Assembly (NCBI GenBank): GCA_040751795.1 | Contig: JBFMHR010000003.1 | Location: 256,001-320,000, forward strand | Source: Thermoplasmatota archaeon | GTDB lineage: Archaea; Thermoplasmatota; Thermoplasmata; UBA10834 | Direction: 5' to 3' | DNA length: 64,000 nucleotides | In this document: one piece after another, positions 1 to 10,900 of the stretch | Numbering within the stretch: the first letter of the stretch is position 1 | Layout of the letters: every line of letters begins with the position of its first letter | Notes under the pieces: generated by a model | The model's database searches: none | What the model was told of the DNA's origin: nothing | What the model saw: the letters and a program-made list of their open reading frames with translations, nothing else | Program-made: the position numbers and the translations under genes

Positions 1-2
1 TC

Positions 3-203
3 GCCAACGGGCACGTCGTCAACCTCGCGAGGCTGAACGGCGCGAAGCTACTGGTCAACACGGACACCCACTCCCCGTCCGACCTGAGCACCATGGAGTT
101 CGCGAACAAGGTCGCGAGGGGCTCGGGGATGACCCCGGACGAGGTCAGGGCCGCGCTGGTCTCCAACGCCGAGGAGCTCCTGAAGAGGCTCCGGCGGCTC
201 TGA
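3..203 (+). CDS. 3' end of PHP-domain (histidinol-phosphatase-like) protein, partial
   Basis: Manual translation ANGHVVNLARLNGAKLLVNTDTHSPSDL...; NTDTH resembles the PHP C-terminal metal motif; TGA at 201-203. Confidence 0.7.
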   Translation, partial: ANGHVVNLARLNGAKLLVNTDTHSPSDLSTMEFANKVARGSGMTPDEVRAALVSNAEELLKRLRRL

Positions 204-274
204 GTCATCGGGTTATTAAGCCGACTGCAGAACCTTATTAACAGCGCCCGCCCTCCCCTCTAGGGGACGAAGAC

Positions 275-670
275 ATGACGATAGTGAGCATATCGGTCCC
301 GGAGGACCTGCTCAAGCGGTTCGACGAGGCCTCCTCGGCGAAGGGCTTCAGGACGAGGTCCGACTCCGTGAGGGAGGCCATGAGGGCCGCCGTGGACGAG
401 GACGCCTGGAACGACTCCGAGGGGGAGAACCAGATTGTGATCACCATGGTCTACGACGAGGCCGGGCCCCGGGGGGAGCTCTCCGTGCTGCAGCACAGGT
501 ACGAGGAGGTCCAGATGATGCTGCACCTGCACCTCGAGAAGGGGCAGTGCATGGAGGTCTTCATAGCCCGCGGCTCGAACGCGGTGCTGAGGGAGATCCT
601 CGGGAAGATCAGGAAGGTCAAGGGGGTGAGGTCGATACGGTTTATATCGACCTCGGGGCCGTCCAACTGA
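275..670 (+). CDS. nikR: Nickel-responsive regulator, NikR family
   Basis: N-terminal ribbon-helix-helix (IVSISVPEDLL...TRSDSVREAMR); C-terminal QH...HLHL...C nickel ligands. Confidence 0.85.
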   Translation: MTIVSISVPEDLLKRFDEASSAKGFRTRSDSVREAMRAAVDEDAWNDSEGENQIVITMVYDEAGPRGELSVLQHRYEEVQMMLHLHLEKGQCMEVFIARGSNAVLREILGKIRKVKGVRSIRFISTSGPSN

Positions 671-734
671 CAGTGGCTCCCGCTGGCATCCTCTGGACCG
701 TGGGCCGGAGTCGCCCGGCCGGCCTGCCGCGGGG

Positions 735-1952
735 CTACTTGCTGATCCTCATCCACCCGCAGGTCATGAGGTTGTACAGCACCAGGAACTCCCCCCACCC
801 GCTGTCCTCCGCGAACGCGATGGTGCGGTAGGTCTCGTAGCTGGTCCTGAACGCCTGGTTGTGCGAGCCCCAGTATATGGACACGCCTCCGCAGGCGGAG
901 GTCCTGTCCGGGTTGTAGACGTACTTGACCGCGCCCTCGATCAGATCCATCATGGCCTGGGTGGTCTCCATGAGCTCCTCGTCCTCGGCCATCTCCTTGT
1001 CGTCCATGATGTGCCTCCCGAGGTCGACCATGTCGACCTGGTAGTGAGAGCCGCAGGAGACGTAGTAGCTGTCCCTCAGCGCCATCCTGTAGTTGGATGT
1101 GAAGTGCTCGAGCCCCTCGACCATCTGCTCGACCCAGGCCGAGATGACGTCCAGCGACTCAGCCATCTCCATCACGTCCACGACCCCGAGGGTGCAGTAC
1201 CAGCCCCACTCCAGCGGCTCGTAGACCTCGATCCAGCCGTCGACCATGTCGACGGCCACCTGGTCCGGGGTCCTCGACGGGTCGAGGGCGACGGGCGTGA
1301 ACATCCTGTCGTAGGGGAACCCGTCCCCCGCGACGAGCTCCTCCGAGGCCACGAGCAGCTCGACCAGCCCGGTCTGGGCCGCCTGGTAGACCATCTCTAT
1401 GCTCGAGCAGGAGCAGGCGTCGAACGCGAGTATGTCGATGTACACGCCGGCCCCGACTATGGCGTCCTCCATCTCCTGGAGGGTTATGTGGTCGCCGCCG
1501 GACGAGTCGTCCCAGCAGAAGCCCTTCCAGGCGCTCCCGTGGTCCCACGGTATGACGACCAGGTGGTCCGCCGGGTAGTATGTGTCGACCTCCGTGAGGA
1601 ACCACTGGAAGGTCGCGCCGTCCCCGAAGTTCTTCTCGGGGTAGGACTCGACGACCTCGAACGAACCCCCGGAGATCTCCACCCTCTCGACGCCCTCCAC
1701 GCTGAACCTGTCGATCATCGCGACGATGTTGAGCCCGTCGCTCTCGGGTATGTTCAGGAGGTACGGGAGGCTGGGATCGTCCCAGTACATCTCCAGGTTG
1801 CAGTCCGCATCGACGTAGAGCGCGATGGTCCACGTCCCCTCGGAATCGGTCTCGCTGACATCGCTCACGGTCCCCCCCAGCGAAAAGCCGGGTAGGAGCA
1901 TCACGAAGGCTAAAGCCAAACTCGCCACAAGGCTGCCACGCCTGACCTCCAC
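735..1952 (-). CDS. Secreted clostripain-like cysteine peptidase (C11)
   Basis: Signal peptide; WTIALYVDADCNLE, NFGDGATF, WDHGSAW (His), FDACS (Cys). Confidence 0.85.
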   Translation of the reverse strand: MEVRRGSLVASLALAFVMLLPGFSLGGTVSDVSETDSEGTWTIALYVDADCNLEMYWDDPSLPYLLNIPESDGLNIVAMIDRFSVEGVERVEISGGSFEVVESYPEKNFGDGATFQWFLTEVDTYYPADHLVVIPWDHGSAWKGFCWDDSSGGDHITLQEMEDAIVGAGVYIDILAFDACSCSSIEMVYQAAQTGLVELLVASEELVAGDGFPYDRMFTPVALDPSRTPDQVAVDMVDGWIEVYEPLEWGWYCTLGVVDVMEMAESLDVISAWVEQMVEGLEHFTSNYRMALRDSYYVSCGSHYQVDMVDLGRHIMDDKEMAEDEELMETTQAMMDLIEGAVKYVYNPDRTSACGGVSIYWGSHNQAFRTSYETYRTIAFAEDSGWGEFLVLYNLMTCGWMRISK

Positions 1953-2099
1953 TAAGACTCCCCCTCTTGCCGGGCGCCCATGAGGGCCCCGCCAGCCCTC
2001 GAATCTCGCTTGCGCTATTAAACGGTGCCCATCGGAGGGCGGGGCGGTCCGGCTGAGAATGAATGTGAAATGGTTTCCAGAAAGGGTTTCACCGCACCT

Positions 2100-3284
2100 T
2101 CAGCCCCGGTACCCGTCGAGGAACGCCCACCAGCCCATGTCCTGGGCGTAGGCGACCTCAGCGTAGGCCTCGGAGTAGGCCTTCCAGTCCCCGTCGACGC
2201 CCCACCAGAGGGTCAGGCCGCGGTTGTCCAGCGCCGCGCTGCCTCCCCAATGGGCGATGACCGACCCGTCGACAGCGACCACCATCGCGGAGGTGGAGGC
2301 CCTGAGCGACTCATCGGTCATGGAGGGGTCCGCGAGGATGGTGTCCCCGAGGTCCGCTATGTCCACGTGGTAGTGGGTGCACCAGGCGATGTACGATTCC
2401 CTGAGGGACTGCTTGTAGCTGTCCTCGTAGAGCGGCAGGCAGGCGAGCATCGAGGCCGTCCACGCCTGGAGCTCGTCCGCCGCCTCGAGCACTGCCGGCA
2501 CGCTGACGGCGGAGAGCGATACGGTCGACGCCCACGTCTGCGGCTCGTAGAACGCCTGGAACGCGAGGACCATGTCCGTCGCCATCTCGGCCGGCGTCCT
2601 CGACGCGTCCTCGGCGGTCGGCAGGAACATGGTGTCGTACGGGAACCCGGTCGTCGGCACGGACTCCTCCGACGCCACGATTATGCCCGCCATCCCCGTG
2701 AGGGCGACCTGGTACTCCACCTCGATGGACGCCATGTTGCAGGCGTCGAACGCCAGCACGTCGATGTAGACGCCGGCCCCCTCGATCGCCGCCTGGAACT
2801 CTGGCATGGTGATCCTGTCGCCGCCGGAGGAGTCGTCGTCGCTGATGTACCTCCAGGCGTAGCCGTGGTCCCAAGCTATGACCGCGAGCTTGTCGGACGG
2901 GTAGTTGAGCGCCACGTCCTCGAGGAACCACTCGAAGGTGGGCCCGTCCCCGAAGTTCATCTCATCGTAGGTGGCCGCGGTGGTGGGCACGCCCCCGGAG
3001 ATCTCGACGACCTCGGTGCCATCCACGCTCAGCCTGTCTATGTACGCGACTATGCTGAGGTCCTCGTTGGCCGGCAGGCTCAGCAGGCCGGGCAGGCTGG
3101 CGCTGTCCCAGTAGCCCTCAAGGTTGTTGTCCCCGCTCACGAAGATGGCGAGCGTCCAAGACTCCGATACGACGCCGGCCCCTCCCTGGTAGTAAGGCCC
3201 GTTCTGCGCCATCGATGCCCCGGGCGCGGCGAACACCGCTACCGACATCAGGCAAGAGAACAGGACCACCGATTCCTTCCTCAT
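2100..3284 (-). CDS. Secreted clostripain-like cysteine peptidase (C11), paralog of 735-1952
   Basis: Signal peptide; WTLAIFVSGDNNLE, WDHG, FDACNM, ASEE, GFPYD. Confidence 0.85.
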   Translation of the reverse strand: MRKESVVLFSCLMSVAVFAAPGASMAQNGPYYQGGAGVVSESWTLAIFVSGDNNLEGYWDSASLPGLLSLPANEDLSIVAYIDRLSVDGTEVVEISGGVPTTAATYDEMNFGDGPTFEWFLEDVALNYPSDKLAVIAWDHGYAWRYISDDDSSGGDRITMPEFQAAIEGAGVYIDVLAFDACNMASIEVEYQVALTGMAGIIVASEESVPTTGFPYDTMFLPTAEDASRTPAEMATDMVLAFQAFYEPQTWASTVSLSAVSVPAVLEAADELQAWTASMLACLPLYEDSYKQSLRESYIAWCTHYHVDIADLGDTILADPSMTDESLRASTSAMVVAVDGSVIAHWGGSAALDNRGLTLWWGVDGDWKAYSEAYAEVAYAQDMGWWAFLDGYRG

Positions 3285-3506
3285 GCGAATCTCCCCCGTA
3301 GAGACCCAGAACCCGTCTTGGACGGGTCAGGCCCAGCCGGCAATGAGCGCCGCGCTATATGTACCTGCCCGGGCGGGCTCCCGCCGCATACTGACCACCC
3401 TCCGGGAGGCCGTCACCTGTGGGGCGGGGGTGGTGTTTTTAGCGCACAACTCTATACATCCCCCGCCCCGGGTTCTTGCCGGGGCAGCGAGGGGGGAAGA
3501 CACCGA

Positions 3507-5684
3507 ATGACCAACGGGTTTGCGAGAGTCATGGTCGCGGTATGCATCGCTCTCCTGGTCGCCCTGCCGGCCGCTGCGCTGGCGGGAGGCCCGAAGAGGG
3601 GGGACATCACCGCGTCAGTTGTCGAACGCCTGGACATGGGGTACGCCCAGGAGATTATCGAGGATGTCTGCGCAATGGGCGACAGCGACATCGGCTTCAG
3701 GGGCGCGGGCGGGTCCGCGGACCAGGAGGCTGCCACATACCTCGCCGAGCAGATGGAGGCGATAGGCCTGGTCGATGTTGTCCTCGAGGAGGTCCCCGTC
3801 AACACCTGGGAGTTCAGGGGAGCCTACCTGGACGTGCCCGGGATGGAACGGATGGTCGCAGCCTCCTTCGGGGGGTTCCCGGGGACAGACGACCAGTCGA
3901 CGCCCGACTTGCACGAAGCGCTCCAGGGCGAGGTCGTGTGGGTCAACAACGGCTACGACTCGGACTACCTGGGCAAGGACGTCGCGGGGAAGCTGGTGCT
4001 CGTCAACTGGATCGGGTACGACTACTGGGTCGACTCCATAGCCTACGGCGCGTGGGAGCACGGCGCCAAGGGCATCATCGTCACGACGATAGACTCCAAC
4101 GTGGGGCAGAACGACTGGGCCCTCTCGTGCCATGACGGGCTCTACGTGACGGGGTGGCCGCCACTGATATCCATCAGCCCCGAGAACGCCACGAGGATCA
4201 TCGACGTGCTCGAGACGGGGCAGAGCCTCGCCGTCACGATGTACAGCGACATCCTCAAGCTGCCGGAGCTCGCGGGGACCGGCTACAACCCGGTGGGGTA
4301 CCTCCCGAGCAAGCACTACGGGACCCAGAAGGACGAGTTCGTCATCTTCGGCCCGCACCACGACGCATGGTTCCAGGGTGCGATGGACGACACCTCCGGG
4401 ATGGCCGCCCTCCTCGTGGTCGCCAAGGCCATGAGGGAGGTCATGGACGAGACGGGCTGGGTCCCGGACCGGACCGTGATATTCACTTCGCACACGGCCG
4501 AGGAGTACGGCCTGGACAACACCTACTACGACTGGTGCTGGGGCGCATACTACCAGATCAACGTCGAGCACGCGGACGACTGGATCGGGAGGACCGTGGG
4601 CTACCTCTGCATGGAGCTGATGGGCATGGCGGGCGAACCGGTCTACATCAACTGCGTCCCCGAGCTCTACACCTTCACGAGGGACGTCCTCGCCGACAAC
4701 GTCGAGAACCTCCCGTACGGGTCCACGGTGGACAACAACGCACACACCTGGGCGGACCACTGGACTTTCTCGGCCGCGGGCGTCCCCGGAATCGAGTTCG
4801 AGACGGTGAGCGAGGAGTGGGAGGAGTACTACTACCACACCCAGTGCGACGCACCGGACATCATCGACTACCCCTACCTGGAGCAGTGCTTCGCAATCGT
4901 ATCGGACATGACCGTCCGGATGGTGACGGAGCCGGTCGCGCCGTACGACTTCGAGACGCTCGCGACGGACCTGAGCTCCCACCTCCTCCACGAGGAGGAG
5001 CTGTGGGGCGTCGCCGCCCTCGACGAGATATACGCCCACTTCGGGATGAGCACGGGGAACAGGGACAGGCTCCTGAGCGAGGCCGCGATGTTCCAGGAGA
5101 ACACCGCCGCGCTGAAGGCCGCACTGGCGACGGTGAATCCGGCGAAGGCCCACGATGTCAACGTCGAGCTGATGGACATCGTCGGGACCCTGGACACGTC
5201 CCTCATCGCCATAGGCGTGTGGGAGCAGGACTGGTACCCCTACCAGCAGCCGATAAACGACGTCTACCACCTCTGGTGGGCGCTGGAGAAGCTCTGGGCC
5301 AAGATGGACGGGACCGGCGACGACATGGGCCTCGGGACGCTGAACTGGGTCGGCATGACCTGGTACTACGCCTACTCCTCGTACGGCAACTACATGGACC
5401 AACGGGACAGGCTGACCGGGGACAGGGTCGCCTCCTGGGGCCTCCAGACCCACCTGCAGCCCGCGGTGGACATCTGGTGGGAGTACGACGCGCTCATGAG
5501 CGTCAAGGGGCCGGACGGGCCGACGTTCGAGGAAGTGCTGTGGGTCGTGCCGTCGCTCGAGGACGTGCTCGGCGGGACCGCGCTCGTGCAGCTCGAGGAC
5601 TCCTTCGTCCTGATGTGGACGGCGATAGAGGAGGCCAACGGCCAGATCGAGGAGCTCGTGGACGGCCTGTCGAAGGGGAGCTGA
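3507..5684 (+). CDS. Secreted M28-family metallopeptidase with PA domain
   Basis: ATG 3507 after a purine-rich RBS; signal peptide; GPHHDAW, GAMDDTSG, AEEYG, YHTQCD motifs. Confidence 0.85.
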   Translation: MTNGFARVMVAVCIALLVALPAAALAGGPKRGDITASVVERLDMGYAQEIIEDVCAMGDSDIGFRGAGGSADQEAATYLAEQMEAIGLVDVVLEEVPVNTWEFRGAYLDVPGMERMVAASFGGFPGTDDQSTPDLHEALQGEVVWVNNGYDSDYLGKDVAGKLVLVNWIGYDYWVDSIAYGAWEHGAKGIIVTTIDSNVGQNDWALSCHDGLYVTGWPPLISISPENATRIIDVLETGQSLAVTMYSDILKLPELAGTGYNPVGYLPSKHYGTQKDEFVIFGPHHDAWFQGAMDDTSGMAALLVVAKAMREVMDETGWVPDRTVIFTSHTAEEYGLDNTYYDWCWGAYYQINVEHADDWIGRTVGYLCMELMGMAGEPVYINCVPELYTFTRDVLADNVENLPYGSTVDNNAHTWADHWTFSAAGVPGIEFETVSEEWEEYYYHTQCDAPDIIDYPYLEQCFAIVSDMTVRMVTEPVAPYDFETLATDLSSHLLHEEELWGVAALDEIYAHFGMSTGNRDRLLSEAAMFQENTAALKAALATVNPAKAHDVNVELMDIVGTLDTSLIAIGVWEQDWYPYQQPINDVYHLWWALEKLWAKMDGTGDDMGLGTLNWVGMTWYYAYSSYGNYMDQRDRLTGDRVASWGLQTHLQPAVDIWWEYDALMSVKGPDGPTFEEVLWVVPSLEDVLGGTALVQLEDSFVLMWTAIEEANGQIEELVDGLSKGS

Positions 5685-5763
5685 GGTTCCCCCGCAACAG
5701 CTGCGTGAAACCCTTTCCCTATCCCAATTTCCATGCGCGCGGGACCGATTCTGAGAATGTGAG

Positions 5764-5865
5764 TGCTCCCGCCGGGATTTGAACCCGGGTATCGAGCTTT
5801 CACCGGCCTGCTGCGAGAGCAGCCTCGAGAGGCTCGAATGATTGGCCGGACTACACTACGGGAGC
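5764..5865 (-). tRNA. tRNA-Glu(CUC) with ~27-nt anticodon-loop intron
   Basis: Acceptor GCTCCCG/CGGGAGC; anticodon stem CGAGC/GCTCG; CT-CTC-G then insert; T-arm CCGGG-TTCAAAT-CCCGG. Confidence 0.9.
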
Positions 5866-5921
5866 CTGGTGACTCCAAGCAAACGGAATGTGTTACATAA
5901 ACCTTTGGGGGGTGGTCGGGC

Positions 5922-6740
5922 TCAGACGTCCTCGTCCCCTTCGCGCCAGTCGAGCCCCGGCGTCCTCAGCCCGACCTTCGCCACGGCCGGGAACTTGCGC
6001 TTGTGGGAGCTCATGCGGACCATCCTGGAGACCCGCTCGACCTCCTCCTCCGTGGCCCCCGCCCTCCGGGCCACCTCCGCCTCGGGGAGCCCCTGCTCGA
6101 TCCCGTGGAGGATGGCGTCCAGACGGGCGTAGGCTATCCCCATCTCCCCCTCGTCCGTCTGCCCCTTCCAAAGCCCGGCCGAGGGGGCCTTCGTCACGAG
6201 CTTCTCGGGCAGCCCGAGCACGCGCGCGAGCTCCCAGACCTCGGTCTTGTAGAGGTCCCCTATCGGCTCCAGGTCCGCGGCCCCGTCCCCGTGCTTGGTG
6301 AAGTAGCCCACGAGCATCTCGCTCTTGTTCGATGTCCCGAGGACGAGCCTGCCCTGGGTGCCGGCCCGGTTGTACAGGAGTATCATCCTGCACCTCGCCT
6401 TGATGTTGGCGAGGGCCATCCGGTCGGCCTTGGCCCCCGCGGCCTTCGCCAGCGCCTCCACGGGGCCGGTGATGTCGATGACCTCGTGCTCTACGCCAAG
6501 GCCCCTGCACAGCTCCTCCGCGTCCCGCAAGTCCTCCTTTGGGGAGTCCTTCTCTGGCATCAGGAGGCCGAGGACCCGGTCCGCGCCGACCGCGTTCACG
6601 GCCAGCTTCAGCACCACGGCGGAGTCCACGCCCCCGCTCACCCCGAGCACGTACCCCTTCGCACCGGCCTTCCTCAGCTTCTCGGCCAGGAAGTGCTGGA
6701 TGACCTTGTCTGTCCCGTCCCTGAGCTTCGGAGGCGTCAT
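5922..6740 (-). CDS. nadE: NH3-dependent NAD+ synthetase
   Basis: LGVSGGVDS, NIKARCRM, GTSNKSE, GYFTKHGDG, PSAGLWKGQTDE. Confidence 0.95.
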   Translation of the reverse strand: MTPPKLRDGTDKVIQHFLAEKLRKAGAKGYVLGVSGGVDSAVVLKLAVNAVGADRVLGLLMPEKDSPKEDLRDAEELCRGLGVEHEVIDITGPVEALAKAAGAKADRMALANIKARCRMILLYNRAGTQGRLVLGTSNKSEMLVGYFTKHGDGAADLEPIGDLYKTEVWELARVLGLPEKLVTKAPSAGLWKGQTDEGEMGIAYARLDAILHGIEQGLPEAEVARRAGATEEEVERVSRMVRMSSHKRKFPAVAKVGLRTPGLDWREGDEDV

Positions 6741-6823
6741 CGGCGTTGGGATGGCATGGTCTGGATATATCCGTTATGGTGCCGGGGTGGGTCGCTCATA
6801 AACAATAATCTACGCGGAGGGCG

Positions 6824-7663
6824 ATGATGAGCCCGATGACCGGGACCGTGATCACCCTGGCGCAGGTCAAGTCGCAGCTCCACGACAAGGAGGCGAACCT
6901 CAAGCGCATGGCGTCCGTCGTCCGCAGCACCAGGGGGAGGGTCGTGGTCTTCCCGGAGCTGAACCTCACCGGCTACCTCCCCAGGGACGACCTGTTCAAG
7001 CTGTCCGAGCCAGCGGACGGGCCCAGCGTCAAGGCGGTCTCCAGGCTCGCGAGGTCGACGAAGAAGGACATAGTCTTCGGGGCGCCGATCCGGGACGACA
7101 AGGTCCACGGGCACCTCTTCAACTCCTGCATCCTCGCATCGGGCGACGGGAGGGTCTTCCGCTACGACAAGATGTACCTCCCGAACTTCGGCCCGTTCGA
7201 GGAGAGGGTGTTCTTCTCCGGGGGAGGGGAGGCGGTCGTGGCCCAGGGGATGCACGCGCGCCTGGGGCTCATGGTCTGCTACGACATGTTCTTCCCGGAG
7301 CTGGCGAAACTGGAGTCCCTCATGGGGGCGCAGGTGCTCGTGAACATCTCCGCCTCCCCGACGACCTCCAGGCCCAGCTTCGAGAGGGTGATGCCCGCCC
7401 GGGCGGTCGAGAACGGCGTCTTCCTGGCCTACGCCAACATGGTCGGGGTGCACGGCTCCCTCGTGTTCGGTGGCGGCAGCGTCATCTACGGCCCGAGGGG
7501 GGACCTCATGGCATCTGCCAGGGATCTCGAGGAGGACGTGGTGGAGCACGAGGTGGACTTCGCGGACATCGAGGTCGCCAGGAGGTTCAGGCCCCTCCTC
7601 AGGGACAGCAGGCCCGAGATAATGGACCGGCTCGGAGAGGCCCTGCGCGGCGGCGGCACATAG
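6824..7663 (+). CDS. Carbon-nitrogen hydrolase (nitrilase superfamily)
   Basis: Catalytic triad FPEL / YDKMYL / VCYD; RAVEN motif. Confidence 0.9.
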   Translation: MMSPMTGTVITLAQVKSQLHDKEANLKRMASVVRSTRGRVVVFPELNLTGYLPRDDLFKLSEPADGPSVKAVSRLARSTKKDIVFGAPIRDDKVHGHLFNSCILASGDGRVFRYDKMYLPNFGPFEERVFFSGGGEAVVAQGMHARLGLMVCYDMFFPELAKLESLMGAQVLVNISASPTTSRPSFERVMPARAVENGVFLAYANMVGVHGSLVFGGGSVIYGPRGDLMASARDLEEDVVEHEVDFADIEVARRFRPLLRDSRPEIMDRLGEALRGGGT

Positions 7664-7740
7664 GGGCGCCAGGGGAGCGGCCGGCTCGGCGCCCGGGGCG
7701 GATATTCTTAAATACGGACACCCTTTTGATGGTCACCCAA

Positions 7741-7847
7741 GCTGAGGTGGCCCAGCCCGGTAAGGCGCGAGCCTGGAAGCTCCGATGCCTACGCCAGCGA
7801 GCTCGTGGCGCGTTAGCGCCTCGGGAGTTCAAATCTCCCCCTCAGCG
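7741..7847 (+). tRNA. tRNA-Ser(GGA) with 21-nt intron at 37/38 (7779-7799)
   Basis: Acceptor GCTGAGG/CCTCAGC; long variable arm GGCGC/GCGCC; BHB helix CTGG/CCAG; T-loop TTCAAAT. Confidence 0.92.
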
Positions 7848-7921
7848 CCCACCCCACCCCGCCAGGTCCCGTATTCGGGGAAGGTACTTTTACCCCACAC
7901 ATTGATTAAATCTGGCTCCCC

Positions 7922-10900
7922 ATGTCCGACGCTACCGGTGGCAGGAAGGCGATGCTCGTCCTTCTGGTGGACGACGATGCGGCCTACCTCGAGGTCCTGA
8001 AGTTCTTCCTGGAACGGGAGGGCGCCGCCGAGTGCGAGATGGCGACGTCGGCCAGGCAGGCCCTCGACCTCCTCGCCCAGGGAGAGTACGACGCGGTGGT
8101 CTCCGACTACCTGATGCCCGACATGGACGGGCTAGAGCTCCTCAAGATAGTCCGCCTCCAGGGGAAGGACGTCCCCTTCATCATGCTGACGGGGCGCGGG
8201 AGGGAGGACGTGGCGATAGAGGCCCTCAACAACGGGGCCGACTTCTACGTCCAGAAGGGCGGGGACCCCAAGACCCAGTTCACCGACCTCACGAACATGC
8301 TCCGCAGGTCCGTGATGCAGAGGCGGGCCGAGAGGGAGGTCCAGGAGGGGGAGAGGTTCCTCGGCAAGCTCTTCGAGAGCATCCAGGACGGGGTCAGCGT
8401 GGTGAACCGCGACATGGTTATTGAACGGGTCAACCCCGCCATGGAGAGGTGGTATCCAGGCTCCGCGCCCCTGGTTGGCAAGAGGTGCTACGAGGCCTAC
8501 CGCTCCCGGTCCTCCCCGTGTCCAGTCTGTCCGGTGGTCAACACCTTCAAGTCCGGGAGGCCGTGCTCGCAGCGCCTCGCGAAGATGGGCCCGGACGGCG
8601 AGGACGCGGGATGGCTCGAGGTCCACAGCTTCCCGGTCATCGATGGCCGGACCGGGGAGGTCGAGCAGGTCATCGAGTACCTGAGGGACGTGACCGAGCA
8701 GGAGGCCGCCAAGGACTCCTCCCAGATGAGCGAGCTCAGGTACAGGGCCCTCACCGACATCGCCAGCGACGGCGTCCTGGCCGTGGACCGGGCGGGGAAG
8801 ATCGTCTTCTCGAGCCCCCGAGTGACGGAGATCCTCGGGTATCTGCCGGAGGAGGTCGTGGGCGCCCCCTTCCAGTCGCTGGTCGACAGGGAGTGGCTGA
8901 GCGGGCCCGGGTCCGGGGCGCTCCACAAGGCGCTGGAGGGGCGCGAGCGAATCGAGATGAGGTTTGCGCGGAAGGACGGGACGCGGGCGGACGTGGTGGT
9001 GTCGTCGTCCCCGGTGTCCTCGGACCGCGGCGTCTTCGACGGCGCGATCGTCGCCATCGCCGACGTCGGCGGGCTGAGGGCGGCCGCCCGCGGGATCACG
9101 TTCTCGGAGGACAGTTACACCAGGGTGTTCCAGACGTCACCGCAGATGATCATGATCGCGCGCGTCTCGGACTCGGCGATACTGGAGGCGAACGACTCCT
9201 TCGCCAAGGCCACGGGGTACGCTCACGGACAGATGGTAGGCAGGAGCTTCAAGGAGCTCGGCATCGTGTCCGAGGACCTGGCCGCGCGCATCGAGCGCGC
9301 GCTCGTCGAGACGGGGCTGATCTTCGACATGGAGGCGGTCATGCACGCCGCCTCCGGAAAGGATATCCCGGTGAGGCTGTCCGCCTACAGGCTCCGTCTC
9401 GAGGGGGAGGAGTGCAGCGTCTTCCTATCCTGCGACATCTCGCTCGTCGAGAAGGGGTCCCACGAGATGGAGCACGAGAGGGATGTGCTGAAGGCCGTCC
9501 TGGAGTCGGCCCCCGACGGCATCCTGATAGCGTCCCTCGACGGCACGATCGTCGAGTGCAACGCCGCATTCCGCTCGCTGCTCGGGGGCATCCCAAAGGA
9601 ACATCTCGTCGGCAGGAGCGCCTACGCCCTGCTGGGCGAGAGCGAGGCCGCACTCGCCAAGAGGATCGAGGAGAAGCTGGTGCACGAGGGCATGGTGAGG
9701 GGGGTCGGCTTCACGTTCAACCGCAGCGACGGGATATCCGTGGACGCGGAGGTGTCCGCGGCGCTGGTCCGGGGCGCCAGGGGGAAGCCGTTGTACTACG
9801 TGGCCGCCGTGCGCGACATGACCGACGAGAAGAGGTACCGTGTCTCCCTCGAGAAGGCGCTCAGCGAGCGCAGGCAGATGGAGGCCATCATCGAGAGCAG
9901 CCAGGCCGTCGCCATAAGGTGGCTCGAGGAGCCGGGGTGGCCCGTGGACTACGTCTCGGAGAACGTCAGGAAGTTCGGCTACGAGGCGGCCGAGCTCACC
10001 TCCGGCGCCGTCGAGTTCCCGTCCATAATCCACCCGGACGACAGGGACCGTGTGGTCGCCGAGGCGGGGAGGTTCCTGGAGCAAGGGTCGGATGAGTTCG
10101 AGCAGGAGTACAGGATAGTCTCCCCCGAAGGGAAGGTCGCATGGATATACGACAGGACGACCGTCCTGAGGCGACCGGACGGCAGCGTGGAGGCGTGCCA
10201 GGGCGTCCTCGTCGACGTCACGGAGATGAGGGATGCCCTGGACAGGCTGTCGCGGACGGAGAGCCAGCTGGCCCTCTTCATGGACTATTCCCCCGTCATG
10301 AAGTTCATGAAGGACCGCTCGGGCAGGTACGTCTACGTGAACAGGAAGCTCTGCGAGGCGGTCGGCATATCCCCTGAGGAATGGCTGGGGAAGACCGACC
10401 TGGAGATATTCACCCCCGAGACGGCGAAGGGCCTGGCAGACGGCGACAGGACGGTGTTCGAGACGCGCCAGTTCGGGCTGTTCAACGAGGTCATCCCGAT
10501 GAAGGGCAGGCCGCGCGAGTTCCTCACCTACAAGTTCCTGGTCCCGAACACGGCCGGAGGGGACGACCTGCTGGCGGGTGTGTCGGTCGACCTGACCGAG
10601 GAGAGGAGCAGCGAGAGGGCCCTGAGGGCGGCGAACGACAAGCTCGAGCTCCTCGGCAGCATGACGCGCCACGACATCGCGAACCAGCTGGCCGTGCTCA
10701 CCGCCAGGGTGGAGATAGCACGCATGGGGGAGACAGACCCGGTGAGGCTCGCATCGTTCAACGAGATGCTCGCATCGTCCAACGCCATACAGGGCCTCCT
10801 CAACTTCGCATCCGAGTACCAGGAGATCGGGTCGAGGGAGCCGGCCTGGATCCCCGTGAGGCTGGCCTTCGCCGCCGGGGTGATAGGGCTCCCCATGCAG

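Noticed and set aside
2025-3506. N-terminal ~490 aa of the 1219-aa track ORF
   Set aside because: Antisense shadow of the clostripain gene; the real start with RBS and signal peptide is 3507
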